Position numbers and translations under genes: made by a program. Below are positions 11,071 to 21,581 of a DNA stretch of 64,000 nucleotides, in pieces; positions within the stretch are counted from its first letter, which is position 1; every line of letters begins with the position of its first letter. The notes under the pieces are model-generated. The model was not told the DNA's origin, did not search any database, and was given only the letters and a program-made list of their open reading frames with translations. Origin of the DNA: Vulcanimicrobiota bacterium (GTDB taxonomy: Bacteria > Vulcanimicrobiota > Vulcanimicrobiia > Vulcanimicrobiales > Vulcanimicrobiaceae); assembly GCA_963812155.1 (NCBI GenBank), contig CAWETW010000002.1, forward strand, positions 384,001 through 448,000. Direction: 5' to 3'.

Positions 11071-11523
11071 ATGGAGCCCGCGGTCCGTCCCGCGACGGTC
11101 AACATGCGAATCGTCTGGATCGTCACCTTCGTGCTGCTGATCGTCGTTGCGGGTTGCGTCGCCGCCGGCACGACGCTGGTGATGAGCCTCTTGCACGTGA
11201 TGGACCGCAGCGACGCGCACGTCTGCGCGCTGGCGGCCGCGCGTCGCAGTCCGCTCGCCGCAGGATTGCTCGGGACGCCGATTACGCAAAAGGGCCTGAC
11301 CGCCGGATCGTCGTCGTCCGATAACGGCGAGATGCACCAGCGCATCACGTTTACCGTCCAAGGACCGCGCGGAGAGGCGTTCGTCGTCTCCGAAGGCCGG
11401 CGTTCGCCGCTCGATTCGCATCTGGTCGTGCGGATGGGGCGCGATCAGCGCAGCGTCACGATCTATTCCGGACCGTTTGCCTGTCCGGAGCTGCGCGCGC
11501 GCGCGGGCGCCGTTACACCTTGA
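11071..11523 (+). CDS. Membrane-anchored protein, Coa1-like family
   Basis: TM helix followed by SPLAAGLLGTPI...ITFTVQGPRGEA, a pattern resembling bacterial Coa1-family proteins. Confidence 0.5.
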   Translation: MEPAVRPATVNMRIVWIVTFVLLIVVAGCVAAGTTLVMSLLHVMDRSDAHVCALAAARRSPLAAGLLGTPITQKGLTAGSSSSDNGEMHQRITFTVQGPRGEAFVVSEGRRSPLDSHLVVRMGRDQRSVTIYSGPFACPELRARAGAVTP

Positions 11524-12055
11524 AGCGCACGTCGCCGAACTGGTTTGGGTCGTAGTTCGCATCGCCGGGCGGGCGCGGAACGTCTTTCCACCACACGCTG
11601 TACATCGCCAGCCATTCGAAGTTCTCGAAGAGATACGGGTTTGCGCGCACCCGCCGGAGTTTCTGCACGAACGGCAGCACGGTGTTCCAACGCGCGCGCA
11701 GCATGAATCCAACCGCGTCGACGATCAGCGAAACGTCGAGCACGCGACGCCGAGCCAGCGTTGCAACCGTTTCGACGTATTGAGCGACGATGAGCAGCGC
11801 GTTATCGTCGTTCGATCCTTCGAAATTATTGCGCACCGATTCGTCGTCGGGATAGCGGTCGGCGATGTCTTCGAGTTGGGCGAAGGCCGCAACGATCTGC
11901 GGATCGGTCAGCTGCCCGATCGCCTCGAGAATTGCCAGCGCGTTGCGTTCGTGCTCGATCTGCTTGTTCTGCCGTGCGAGCAGAAAGGTTGAAAATCCGA
12001 GTGCGACGAGCGAAACCACGATCGACGCACCCGTCAGAATGAGGTCGCTGTTCAA
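11513..12055 (-). CDS. Membrane-anchored hypothetical protein (DUF4760-like)
   Basis: TTG start overlaps the upstream TGA; N-terminal TM helix; QYVETVA and YLFENFEWLA. Confidence 0.6.
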   Translation of the reverse strand: MNSDLILTGASIVVSLVALGFSTFLLARQNKQIEHERNALAILEAIGQLTDPQIVAAFAQLEDIADRYPDDESVRNNFEGSNDDNALLIVAQYVETVATLARRRVLDVSLIVDAVGFMLRARWNTVLPFVQKLRRVRANPYLFENFEWLAMYSVWWKDVPRPPGDANYDPNQFGDVRFKV

Positions 12056-13200
12056 AGCCCCATCAGTCGGGCGAGCACGACGCGCTGCACTTCGTTCGTT
12101 CCTTCGCCGATCTCGTTGATCTTTTGATCGCGGTACATGCGCGAAATCGGATACTCGTCCATGAACCCGTACCCGCCGTGCACTTGGAGCGCCTCGTTGA
12201 CCACGCGGTGGGAGAGTTCGCCGGCAAACAGCTTGGCGAAGCATGCCGACTGCACGTAGTCGCGCCCTTGGTCTTTCTCCCAAGCCGCCCGCAGCATCAT
12301 GAGGCGCGCGTGCTCGATCTCGGTGAGCATGTCGACGAGTTTGAACGAGATCGCCTGAAATTTGCTGATCGGGCGCCCGAAGGCGTACCGTTCCTTGGAG
12401 TATTTGAGCGCTTCGTCGTAGGCTCCCAGCGACAACCCGATGGAGAGCGCGGCGACCGAAATGCGGCCGCCGTCGAGCGTCGTCAGGAACTGACGGTATC
12501 CTTCGCCGCGCGGTCCGAGCAGGTTCTCCTCGGGCACGGGTGCGTCAGCGAAAGAGAGCTCGCGCGTATCGGAAGCACGCCAACCCATCTTCTGATACTT
12601 CTTACTGCGCGTGAACCCGGGAGTGGACTGCGGGACGATGAGATTGGAGATCTCCGGCTTGCCGTCGGGGCGCGTTCCGGTGACGGCCGTAATCGTCGTC
12701 CCGCCGCTGATGTCGGTCCCCGAGTTGGTAATGAACGCCTTCGTGCCGTTGACGATCCAGTTACCGTCTTTGAGCACCGCTTTGGTCGAGACGTTGCCCG
12801 CGTCGCTTCCGGCGTTGGGTTCGGTCAACCCGAATCCCCAGAGCATCTTGCCCTGCGCGAGCGGCACGAGATAGCGCTCCTTCTGTTCCCGAGTGCCGAA
12901 GAGGTAGAACGGCGTCGCGCCGAGCGAGACGTGCGCGGCCATCGTGATCGCGGTCGACGCATCGGCGCGCGCAATCTCCATGACCGCGAGCGCGTAACTG
13001 ACCGTGTCGCCGCCCGCTCCACCGTACTCCTCGGGAAACGGCAGGCCCATGAACCCCAACTCGCCCATTTTCGCAACCAGCTCGTAGGGGAAGGCCGCGT
13101 CGTGGTCCATCTTCTCGGCGCGCGGCTTGACCTCGTGCTCGGCGAACTCGCGGGCCAGGCTCGCAATCGCCCGCTGCTCGTCGGTCAGATCGAAGTTCAT
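12052..13200 (-). CDS. Acyl-CoA dehydrogenase
   Basis: FGLTEPNAGSDA, NGTKAFITN, RYAFGRPI, QVHGGYG, IGEGTNEVQR. Confidence 0.96.
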   Translation of the reverse strand: MNFDLTDEQRAIASLAREFAEHEVKPRAEKMDHDAAFPYELVAKMGELGFMGLPFPEEYGGAGGDTVSYALAVMEIARADASTAITMAAHVSLGATPFYLFGTREQKERYLVPLAQGKMLWGFGLTEPNAGSDAGNVSTKAVLKDGNWIVNGTKAFITNSGTDISGGTTITAVTGTRPDGKPEISNLIVPQSTPGFTRSKKYQKMGWRASDTRELSFADAPVPEENLLGPRGEGYRQFLTTLDGGRISVAALSIGLSLGAYDEALKYSKERYAFGRPISKFQAISFKLVDMLTEIEHARLMMLRAAWEKDQGRDYVQSACFAKLFAGELSHRVVNEALQVHGGYGFMDEYPISRMYRDQKINEIGEGTNEVQRVVLARLMGL

Positions 13201-13245
13201 GGCAGAGGTATAGGCCCCATGCCGAGGAAAACTCCTCTCGCCGCG

Positions 13246-13956
13246 ATGATATCCCTGCGCAGCGTTTCACTGGTCTACCCGAACGGCGTGCACGCCCTCG
13301 ACAACGTGAACCTCGAAATCGCAAAAGGCGAGTTCGTTTTTCTCGTCGGTCATTCGGGAACCGGAAAATCGAGCTTGCTCCGCCTGCTCTATCGCGAAGC
13401 GCGACCGACGTCGGGTGAGATCACGGTCGACGGCATCCGCGTCGACCGGCTGCGGCGGGTACGAATCCCCGCGCTGCGCCGTCACCTCGGCGTCGTCTTC
13501 CAAGATTTCAAGCTGCTCGTCGACAAAACGGTCTGGGAAAACGTGGCGTTCGCGATGCAGGTCACCGGCGCGCACACGCGCGACATCAAGCGCCAAGTTC
13601 CGCGCGTCCTCGATCTCGTCGGTCTCTCGCATAAGAGCCGCATGTATCCCAACGAGCTCTCGGGCGGCGAACAACAGCGTAGCGCGATCGCGCGCGCGCT
13701 CGTGAACAATCCCAAGATTCTGCTCTGCGACGAACCGACCGGAAATCTCGACCCGTCGACGACGTCGGAGATCATGGAACTGCTTCACCGCATCAATCTC
13801 AAGGGCACCACCGTGGTCGTCGCAACGCACAATCAAGCCGTCGTCGATCGCATGCGGCGGCGCGTCATCCGGCTCGACGACGGTCGCATCACCACCGACG
13901 AAGAACGAGGATATTACTATCTTGGACTGGGGCAGGGTCAAGTTCTTTCTGGGTGA
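13246..13956 (+). CDS. ftsE: Cell division ATP-binding protein FtsE
   Basis: GHSGTGKS, VVFQDFKLL, LSGGEQQR, DEPTGNLD; precedes ftsX. Confidence 0.93.
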   Translation: MISLRSVSLVYPNGVHALDNVNLEIAKGEFVFLVGHSGTGKSSLLRLLYREARPTSGEITVDGIRVDRLRRVRIPALRRHLGVVFQDFKLLVDKTVWENVAFAMQVTGAHTRDIKRQVPRVLDLVGLSHKSRMYPNELSGGEQQRSAIARALVNNPKILLCDEPTGNLDPSTTSEIMELLHRINLKGTTVVVATHNQAVVDRMRRRVIRLDDGRITTDEERGYYYLGLGQGQVLSG

Positions 13957-14803
13957 GGTGCTGCGCAACTTTACGCGCAACGCCGGCATGCAAGTAACCG
14001 CGATCGGCACGGTCGCAATTACGATCGTCCTGCTGGGACTCTTCCTCTTCGTGCGAGCCGCGCTGGCAGGCGTCGGCGCGCACCTGCTCGATCAAATCGA
14101 AATTTCCGCGTACTTGAAGCAAGACGCCGGCCCGGCACAGGTACGTTCGATCCGCCGGTTCTTCACCGAAGATCCGCGCATCGCGTCCGCCGAGTTCGTT
14201 TCGAGGAAGCAAGGTTTGACGGAGCTGCGCGAGCGCACGAAGGGCGTCATCGACACGGCGCTCCTCACCGAAAATCCGCTTCCCGACAAGTTCCGCATCA
14301 AAGTGCGCGTCCCCGAGGAAGTGCCCGCCGTTGCCGCCGGCGTCCGGCGGCTCGCCGGCATCGACAACGTGGTCTACGGACAAACCGTGGTTCAACGCCT
14401 GCTCAAGCTCGGCGACGTGCTGCGCCGCATCGGCATCGGCGTGATCGCCGTCTTCCTCCTCGTCGCCGGCATGATCATTTCGAATACGATTCGCCTGACC
14501 GTCTTCGCGCGCCGGCGCGAGATTGCGATCATGCAACTCGTCGGCGCGACGAACTTATACATCCGCATTCCGTTTATTTGCGAGGGACTTCTCGACGGGT
14601 TGGTGGGCGCGCTCATCGCCGTCGGCTTGCTCTGGATCGCCCGCGCCACGATTTGGCCGAGGCTGCTCGAAGCGCTGCCGTGGATTCAACTGAACGTCGT
14701 CAGGGTCGGAGCGGGTCCGCTGGTCGCCGAACTCTTCGTCGTGGGCTGCGCGGTCGGCGTCGTCGCGTCCTGGATCTCCGTTGGCCGGCACCTCCATACG
14801 TAG
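13922..14803 (+). CDS. ftsX: Cell division permease FtsX
   Basis: NPLPD, ISNTIRLTVFARRREIAIMQLVGAT, PFICEG. Confidence 0.95.
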   Translation: MDWGRVKFFLGEVLRNFTRNAGMQVTAIGTVAITIVLLGLFLFVRAALAGVGAHLLDQIEISAYLKQDAGPAQVRSIRRFFTEDPRIASAEFVSRKQGLTELRERTKGVIDTALLTENPLPDKFRIKVRVPEEVPAVAAGVRRLAGIDNVVYGQTVVQRLLKLGDVLRRIGIGVIAVFLLVAGMIISNTIRLTVFARRREIAIMQLVGATNLYIRIPFICEGLLDGLVGALIAVGLLWIARATIWPRLLEALPWIQLNVVRVGAGPLVAELFVVGCAVGVVASWISVGRHLHT

Positions 14804-15989
14804 CCGGTGGCGCCCGGCCGCCGCGTGCGGCCTGCTGCTCGCACTAGTGCCCGCGCTGGCCGCGAGCAATTCGCAGACGATCCAACAGCGCATCGACGCC
14901 CAACGGGCGAAGGCGGCGAAAATTCAATCCGCGCTGCACGTCAAGCGCGCGCAGCTTCACGCCGTGACGGCGCGCTACAACGACTTACAAGCGCAGCTCG
15001 GCGAAACGAACGACGCGATTGCGGGCGTGACCGCGCACATCGGGAGCCTCAACGCCCAAACGGCTTCCACTCAGCGCCGGATCGATTGGAATACCGTACA
15101 ACTCGACGCCGCGCGCGCATCGCTCAAACGCCAAGACGACGCCTTGCACCGGCGGCTGGTCGATATCTACGAAAATGGCGACCTCGGCTACATCAACGTT
15201 TTGATGTCCGCGCAGTCATTCAGCGATTTCGTCGAGCGTTGGGAAGATTTACGCCGCCTGATCGCAGCCAATCAACGCACCGTGCGCGCCCGCAAGCAAG
15301 CCGAACGGCGCGTTGCTTCGGTCGAAGCGGCGCTCGAAGCCACGCGGTTGCAGCTGCAGCAAGAACAGCAGGCGCAAGTCGAAGCGCGCAATCAGCTCGG
15401 CACGCTCGCGGCCGAACGGCAAAACCTGGTGAATCTCACCGGCGCGCAGCGGCACGCCGTCGCGACGCAGGTCGCGCAGATGGAGGACCTCTCCGCGGCG
15501 GAAGAGTCGCAGCTCGAGGCCCTCATTCAAGAGCGGCAGCGAGAGCTCGCGGCAGCCCGCCGGGCGGCCGGGATCACGGGCGGTGTGGAACCCTCGGGCG
15601 GGCACGGCAGCTTCTCGTGGCCGGTCACGGGAACGATCACCTCGCCCTTCGGCTGGCGTTCCAATCCGTTCGGGGGGTCGCCCGAGTTCCACCAAGGGCT
15701 CGACATCGCCGCACCCACGGGAACCGCCGTAACGGCGGCGGCCGGTGGAACCGTTATTATGGCGCAATGGTACGGGGGGTACGGCAACTACGTGTTGATC
15801 GATCACGGCGGAGGCTACTCGACGGGATACGGGCATCTTTCGGCGATCTACGTCTCCAACGGCCAAAGCGTGAAGCGGGGACAAGCGATCGGCGCCGTCG
15901 GGTCGACCGGCGCGTCGACCGGGCCGCACCTCCATTTTGAAGTAAGAATTGATGGAAAACCCGTAGACCCCGCCCCCCGCCTCCATTAA
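14781..15989 (+). CDS. Coiled-coil + M23 peptidase (EnvC-like murein hydrolase/activator)
   Basis: Long coiled coil; HQGLD, YGHLS and STGPHLHFE (zinc ligands intact). Start codon uncertain. Confidence 0.9.
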   Translation: MAGTSIRSRWRPAAACGLLLALVPALAASNSQTIQQRIDAQRAKAAKIQSALHVKRAQLHAVTARYNDLQAQLGETNDAIAGVTAHIGSLNAQTASTQRRIDWNTVQLDAARASLKRQDDALHRRLVDIYENGDLGYINVLMSAQSFSDFVERWEDLRRLIAANQRTVRARKQAERRVASVEAALEATRLQLQQEQQAQVEARNQLGTLAAERQNLVNLTGAQRHAVATQVAQMEDLSAAEESQLEALIQERQRELAAARRAAGITGGVEPSGGHGSFSWPVTGTITSPFGWRSNPFGGSPEFHQGLDIAAPTGTAVTAAAGGTVIMAQWYGGYGNYVLIDHGGGYSTGYGHLSAIYVSNGQSVKRGQAIGAVGSTGASTGPHLHFEVRIDGKPVDPAPRLH

Positions 15990-16055
15990 GACTTAGCGAG
16001 TATCCTCCGTTGGAAGAAACCTCTACCTGGGTACGCCAGGTAGTGGAAAGGACGT

Positions 16056-17462
16056 ATGACGCTTCGAATCCGGGCGCTCCTGGCCGCGCTCATCCTCGTC
16101 GCCGTGGCCGGCGCCGGCGCGTTTTTCATCGCGCACCGCACGGCTGCCGTGGCTCAACAAAACTACGACGTTGCAACCACCGGCGACGTGCGCGATCTTT
16201 TCTCACCGGTTGGATCGGGAAGCGCGCAGGTGGCCGGATTGGCGGTCCGCAAGCTGGAGGAAAGCTACTACAAGCCGGTCGACCCCGACGCGATCGTCGC
16301 CGGCGAGCAGAGCGCGCTGCGCGCCTATTTGAAATCGAAGAACGTCGCGAACGTTACGCTGCCGTCCGAAAACGCCGGCGGGAATGCGGCCCAAGACGCC
16401 GATCTCGCCGTGAGCCACCTCGCATACGCGCAACTGCACTACGCCGGCAAACTCGGCACGTCGGGCCGTAACGATCTTTCGGAAGCGGCGCTGCACGGCA
16501 TCATGAACTCGCTGAAAGATCCGTACACCGTCTATCTGTCGGCCCGCGACTATCAGGGGCTGCACGAGTCGCTGAGCGGCGGCAACTTCGGCGGAATCGG
16601 CGTTTACATCTATCAACTCAAAGACGGCCGGATCGTCGTGCGCCCGCTCGAACAAATGCCGGCCGCTCGCGCGGGCATGAAGGTCGGCGAAGTCGTTGAC
16701 ACCGTCGGCGGAAAACCGGTGCGCGGGCTCGCGCTCGACCGCGTCGAGGCGTTGATTCGCGGCGTGCCCGGCTCGACCGTTCAAATGACGACGCACCCGT
16801 TCAAAGGCGGCGGTCGCGAACACTCGTACGCGATCGTCCGCGAAGTGATCCACGTTCCGTCGGTGCACGCCAAGATGGAAAACGGTATCGAATACGTGCA
16901 ACTCAGCGATTTCGGCGAAACGTCCGGCGACGAAGTCCGGACGGCGATGCTCGACGGACACGCGAAGGGCGCCAAGGGCTACATTCTCGACTTGCGCGAC
17001 AACGGCGGCGGCTTCCTCGAAACGGCGGTGCAGATTTCCAGTCTCTTCGTTCCGCAGGGAACGATCGTTTCGACGATCCGGCGCGATGGCCAGCGCACGA
17101 CGAGCGAGGCACTCGGCACGGCGATTCCCGGTCTGCAGCCGCTGGTGATTCTCGTCAACAAGTACACGGCGAGCGCGTCGGAGATTACCGCCGGCGCACT
17201 TCAGGATTATCACTTGGCAACGCTCGTAGGCACGAAAACCTTTGGAAAGGGCGTCGTCCAGAGCATCTACCCGATGCCCGATCAGGGCGCGTTGAAGATC
17301 ACGACCGCGCGATACGTGACACCGCTCGGACGCGACATCCAGCACCGCGGCATCGAACCCGACGTCGTCGTCAACCAAGACGTCGATCCCGCCCTCATCG
17401 ACACGCCGGCCGACAAACAACTGGCGGCGGCGAAGGCACGCTTACGCTCTCTTAACCGTTAA
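16056..17462 (+). CDS. S41 C-terminal processing protease with PDZ domain (paralog 1)
   Basis: DPYTVY, GGIG, LDLRDNGGG, TASASEI, TFGKG. Confidence 0.93.
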   Translation: MTLRIRALLAALILVAVAGAGAFFIAHRTAAVAQQNYDVATTGDVRDLFSPVGSGSAQVAGLAVRKLEESYYKPVDPDAIVAGEQSALRAYLKSKNVANVTLPSENAGGNAAQDADLAVSHLAYAQLHYAGKLGTSGRNDLSEAALHGIMNSLKDPYTVYLSARDYQGLHESLSGGNFGGIGVYIYQLKDGRIVVRPLEQMPAARAGMKVGEVVDTVGGKPVRGLALDRVEALIRGVPGSTVQMTTHPFKGGGREHSYAIVREVIHVPSVHAKMENGIEYVQLSDFGETSGDEVRTAMLDGHAKGAKGYILDLRDNGGGFLETAVQISSLFVPQGTIVSTIRRDGQRTTSEALGTAIPGLQPLVILVNKYTASASEITAGALQDYHLATLVGTKTFGKGVVQSIYPMPDQGALKITTARYVTPLGRDIQHRGIEPDVVVNQDVDPALIDTPADKQLAAAKARLRSLNR

Positions 17463-17471
17463 TTGGAAGAT

Positions 17472-18842
17472 ATGAAACGCTTTCTCGCATCCTTCATCGG
17501 CGCGTTCTTCGCAACCACGCTGATCGCGTTACCGGCGGCCTCCAGCACGCCCGCGGCTGCGCCGACGCATCTTTCTCCCTCGGACGCCGGCGAAATCGCC
17601 GTCGGCTACCAGCATCTCACGAGCGACTTCTACAAACACGTCGAACCGCAGACCGTGTTGAACCAGGTTCGCACGCAGCTGCTGGCGGCGATGCGAACCG
17701 CCGGCATTTCGAACGCGTCGCTGCCGGTGATGAAATCCACCGACGCGAGCGGAGCTAACCTTCGCAGCATCGACCGTGAGGTTGAACTGGCGGCCGGCGA
17801 GTCGCACGCGAAGTTCACCACCCACGAACTCGCCTATCTGACGCTCGATGCGATGATGCGTTCCGTCGGAGACCGCTACACCGTCTTTCTCACCCCCAAA
17901 GAATTCGCCGGACTGAACCAAGATCTCGACGGCGGCGATTTCGGTGGAACCGGCATCGTCATTCAAATCGACGATCAGACGAAATATATTCTGGTCGAAA
18001 ACGTCGTGCCCGACGGACCCGCCGACAAGGCCGGCATCGAGCAAGACGATCTCATTACGGCGATCGACGGAAAATCCACCAAAGGCCTCTCGGTGCAGCA
18101 AGCCAGCGAGAAGCTGCGCGGCAAGGAGGGCACGCCGGTCAGCCTCACCATGCAGCGTGACGGCGCGGCGCTCTCCGCTCCGATTGCCATCGTGCGCGCC
18201 AAGATCCACCAACTCAGCGTGTACGAAAAGATGCTCCCGGGCAAAATCGGCTACGTCGAGTTGACGGTCTTCGGCCGCGACACCGGTGCCGAACTCACGC
18301 AAGCGCTCACGCGCCTGCAGCAGCAAGGCGCGAAGGCGGTCGTGCTCGACCTGCGCGACAACGGCGGCGGTTATCTGGAAGCGGCCGTCGCGGTCAGTTC
18401 CAAATTCATTTCGAGCGGACCGATCGTCTCGGTCGAGTCGCGCGCTTCAAACATTACCACGCTCGAGGCTGACGATACGGCAATCGACCCGCTGCCGCTG
18501 GTCGTGCTCGTAAACGGATACACCGCCTCCGCATCCGAGATTACGTCGGGTGCGATCCAGGACAGCGGTGTCGGCACGATCATGGGAACCAAGACCTTCG
18601 GGAAAGGCGTCGTCCAGACGATCTATCCGCTACCCGACGGTTCGGCCGTCAAGATCACGACGGCGCGCTATCTCACGCCGCGCAACCGCGACATCAACCA
18701 TCTCGGCATCACGCCCGACGTCGTCATCGGCGAAAACAAGCATCCGCAGTACGGAACGCCGGCCAAGGACGACCAACTCGAACGCGCGCTTCAGTATCTC
18801 AACGAGAAATTAGCCAAATTGAGCGCCGAAAACGGCGCCTAA
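17472..18842 (+). CDS. S41 C-terminal processing protease with PDZ domain (paralog 2)
   Basis: Signal peptide, DRYTVF, LDLRDNGGG, TASASEI, TFGKG. Confidence 0.93.
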   Translation: MKRFLASFIGAFFATTLIALPAASSTPAAAPTHLSPSDAGEIAVGYQHLTSDFYKHVEPQTVLNQVRTQLLAAMRTAGISNASLPVMKSTDASGANLRSIDREVELAAGESHAKFTTHELAYLTLDAMMRSVGDRYTVFLTPKEFAGLNQDLDGGDFGGTGIVIQIDDQTKYILVENVVPDGPADKAGIEQDDLITAIDGKSTKGLSVQQASEKLRGKEGTPVSLTMQRDGAALSAPIAIVRAKIHQLSVYEKMLPGKIGYVELTVFGRDTGAELTQALTRLQQQGAKAVVLDLRDNGGGYLEAAVAVSSKFISSGPIVSVESRASNITTLEADDTAIDPLPLVVLVNGYTASASEITSGAIQDSGVGTIMGTKTFGKGVVQTIYPLPDGSAVKITTARYLTPRNRDINHLGITPDVVIGENKHPQYGTPAKDDQLERALQYLNEKLAKLSAENGA

Positions 18843-18847
18843 TTAGA

Positions 18848-18950
18848 AGGGAAGCTCGGATTTAGCTCAACTCGTTGTCAACGAGGGCCTCCTTTACCGT
18901 AGTAAACTTCAGCCCTCGTTTCCTAGATTTGAGCGAAATCTGAGCTTCCT
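18848..18950 (-). repeat. Copy A of the ~100-nt palindromic repeat / structured RNA candidate
   Basis: Outer arms GGAAGCTC...GAGCTTCC; core shared with 31609-31710 and 38142-38245; lies between convergent genes. Confidence 0.85.
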
Positions 18951-18965
18951 TAAGACACAGCCCTT

Positions 18966-21581
18966 TTACGTGAGTTTTTTCTTGGCGGCCGGCGCGGCCG
19001 CTTTTTTCTTTCGCGTCGCCGGCGTTTTCTTTGCCGCGGGTTTTTTCGCCTTAGCCGGCGCTTCGCCGGTTTCCGCAACGGCTTTCTTGCGCGTACGTTT
19101 CGGCTTTGCTTCGGCTGCGGGTAACGCCGCGATCGCCACGCTCTGCAGTTTCTTGGGCGCTGCCGCAGGCTCGGCGGCGGTGCGACGGCGCCGTGCGGGT
19201 TTGGTTTTCGCAGGCTCTTCGCGAACGGCCGCGAGGCTCGGCGGAGGCGCTTCGACCGCCGGCGCGGCCGGGCGCCTGCGGTCCAGCGCGCGCGACGGTT
19301 CGCGCGGAGCCGTCCGGCCGGTCGGGGCGGCGGCGCCGTCGGAACCAACGCGGAAGATGTGGCGGTCGGGCATGGGGCGCTGCGGGAGCGACCCCGTCAT
19401 CGGCTCGACCCCATCGCCCGCTTGCGATCCGCCACGGCCGCGGCGGCGCCGGCGCCGCCGGTGGCGCTTAGCATCGCCGGCGAGTCCGTCGATCGGTGAA
19501 GCCGCGTGAGGCGGTTCGGCATCGCTGCTTTCCACCCGCTCCGGCGCTGCCTTGACGTCGGTGGTCTGAAAGGGCGCGTCGTTTGCGCGTCCGCCCCGCC
19601 CCCGGCGCCCGCGGCGGCGGCGGCGGCGTTTGTGCCCGTCGCCCTCCTCGCCCTCGCCGTGGCGGATCTCGCCGCGCGAAATGATGATCGCATCGGCCTG
19701 CTCCTCACCGCGCCGCTCCGCCAAGAGCGCTTTGTCCTGCGCCTCCTCTTCCTCGGTTGCGGTGGTGATGCCGATCGGGGGCCGCGCCGACGCGTGATGC
19801 GCCGCCTCTTCGGCGAGTTCGCGTAACTGCTTGGCCTGTTCGGCCGCCGTCGGCGCGGCTTTGCCGCGACCGCGCCGGCGTTTCTTCGCCGCCGAAACGC
19901 CGGCCGTTACGAGTTCGGCCAGCACGTAATCCTGTTCGTCGTCGACGTCGAGCACGCGAATGCGCGCCGTGTTGCCGGCACTGTTGGCACCGTTCTCCAC
20001 CTCGACCACGCGGTTGGCGACCACGGCCGCCGCCGACGTCGGATTTGGAAGACGTCCGGGAAGCAGTTCGACGTCGTGCTCGTCGCCAACGCGAACCACT
20101 TGGCCCGGCGCCTCGTGGAGGCGTCCGAGGTCGATGCGCGACTTTTCGGGATGCAGCATTGGGTCGACGCGCACGTGGATCGGATGGCCGAGCCGCCGAG
20201 CGAGTTCCTCGCACTCGTCCTCGTACCAAAAATCCATCTGCGTCGCCACGGTTGGCGCGACGTAGGCCACGATCTGACCCGCGCCGTTTCCGGAGCTGCG
20301 GATGTGGCGGAACGTTTCGATCGCGACCGACTGTGCGGACATCACGCTGCCCATGCCCGAACACGTCGGACACGACCCTCGCAGTTGCGCGCCCAGATCC
20401 TTTCCGACGCGCTTGCGCGTGAACTCGAGCAACCCGAGATTCGAAAAGGATTGAATGGTTGCGCGCGTGCGGTCGCGACGCAGGCCGTCTTCCAGCGCTT
20501 TGATGACTTTGCTGCGCGACGCTTCCGACGCCATGTCGATAAAGTCGACGACGATGATGCCCCCGATGTCGCGCAGGCGCACTTGACGGGCCAGTTCGCG
20601 CGCGGCTTCCAGGTTCGTGGTAAGGATCGTATCTTCGAGATTGCGGCCGCCGGTGAACTTCCCGGAGTTGACGTCGATGACGGTCAACGCTTCGGTGGAT
20701 TCGATCACGATCGACCCGCCCGAAGGCAGATTGATCTTCGGTTTCATGAGCTTCTGCAGCTCCTCGCCGATGTGGAAATCTTCGAACAGCGACGCGCCGC
20801 CGTTATAGTGCTCGACGCGGTCGAGATACTGCGGCCCGAGCAACTGCAGAAAGTCGCGAACCTTGCGGTACTCTTCTTCGTCGTCGATCAGCACGCGCTC
20901 GACGTCGGCGGTGATGAAGTCGCGCGCCGCCTTGTAGATGAGGTTCATGTCTTTGTGCAGCAGCGAGGGTGCCGGAGCGCGTTTGTAGGTCTCCAGAATT
21001 CCGTGCCACATGCGAATGAGCACGCCGAGATCCGCGATGAGTTCGGCTTCGCTCACGCCCGCGGCCGCGGTTCGCACGACGGTCGCCATGCCTTCGGGAC
21101 GGATGCGCTTCATCACGCCCTTGAGCCGGTCGCGTTCCTGCGCCGATTCGATCTTGCGCGAGACGCCCGAATACTTGCCGGTCGGCATCAGAATCAAGTA
21201 GCGGCCAGGCAGGGAGATGTTCGTCGAAATGCGGGCGCCCTTGAGGCCGCGCGGCTCCTTGACGATTTGGACGAGAATGTCGTCGCCGCGCTTGACTTTC
21301 TCGCCGATCGTGAAGCCGCTATGGCCTTGCGTGATCTCGACGTCGCCGATGTTGAGCGGCTGCTTGTTGATGTCGTCGACGTACAGGAAGGCGTTTCGCC
21401 CCAGCCCGATGTCGACGAACGCCGCTCCCATTCCGGGCAGCACGTTCTGGACTTTTCCTTTGAAGATCGAGCCGATGACTTTCTCTTCGCGCTCGATGTA
21501 GAGTTCGGCGAGATCGCCGTTCTCTAAGATGGCGACCCTGTTTTCCCACGGGTCACTCGAGATCAAAATCTCGGTCGACAA
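18966..21581 (-). CDS. rne: Ribonuclease E/G family with long disordered basic C-terminal tail
   Basis: S1 domain (GKVQNVLPGMGAAFVDIG), IDVNSG, GGIIVVDFIDM, CPTC; Arg-rich and Lys-rich tail. Confidence 0.92.
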   Translation of the reverse strand: MSTEILISSDPWENRVAILENGDLAELYIEREEKVIGSIFKGKVQNVLPGMGAAFVDIGLGRNAFLYVDDINKQPLNIGDVEITQGHSGFTIGEKVKRGDDILVQIVKEPRGLKGARISTNISLPGRYLILMPTGKYSGVSRKIESAQERDRLKGVMKRIRPEGMATVVRTAAAGVSEAELIADLGVLIRMWHGILETYKRAPAPSLLHKDMNLIYKAARDFITADVERVLIDDEEEYRKVRDFLQLLGPQYLDRVEHYNGGASLFEDFHIGEELQKLMKPKINLPSGGSIVIESTEALTVIDVNSGKFTGGRNLEDTILTTNLEAARELARQVRLRDIGGIIVVDFIDMASEASRSKVIKALEDGLRRDRTRATIQSFSNLGLLEFTRKRVGKDLGAQLRGSCPTCSGMGSVMSAQSVAIETFRHIRSSGNGAGQIVAYVAPTVATQMDFWYEDECEELARRLGHPIHVRVDPMLHPEKSRIDLGRLHEAPGQVVRVGDEHDVELLPGRLPNPTSAAAVVANRVVEVENGANSAGNTARIRVLDVDDEQDYVLAELVTAGVSAAKKRRRGRGKAAPTAAEQAKQLRELAEEAAHHASARPPIGITTATEEEEAQDKALLAERRGEEQADAIIISRGEIRHGEGEEGDGHKRRRRRRGRRGRGGRANDAPFQTTDVKAAPERVESSDAEPPHAASPIDGLAGDAKRHRRRRRRRGRGGSQAGDGVEPMTGSLPQRPMPDRHIFRVGSDGAAAPTGRTAPREPSRALDRRRPAAPAVEAPPPSLAAVREEPAKTKPARRRRTAAEPAAAPKKLQSVAIAALPAAEAKPKRTRKKAVAETGEAPAKAKKPAAKKTPATRKKKAAAPAAKKKLT

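Noticed and set aside
18848..18950. Repeat copies as integron attC sites or plain Rho-independent terminators
   Set aside because: The ends lack a GTTRRRY core, copies are not arrayed with co-oriented cassettes, and there is no integrase. There is no consistent U-tract, and the conserved internal loops exceed what a terminator needs.
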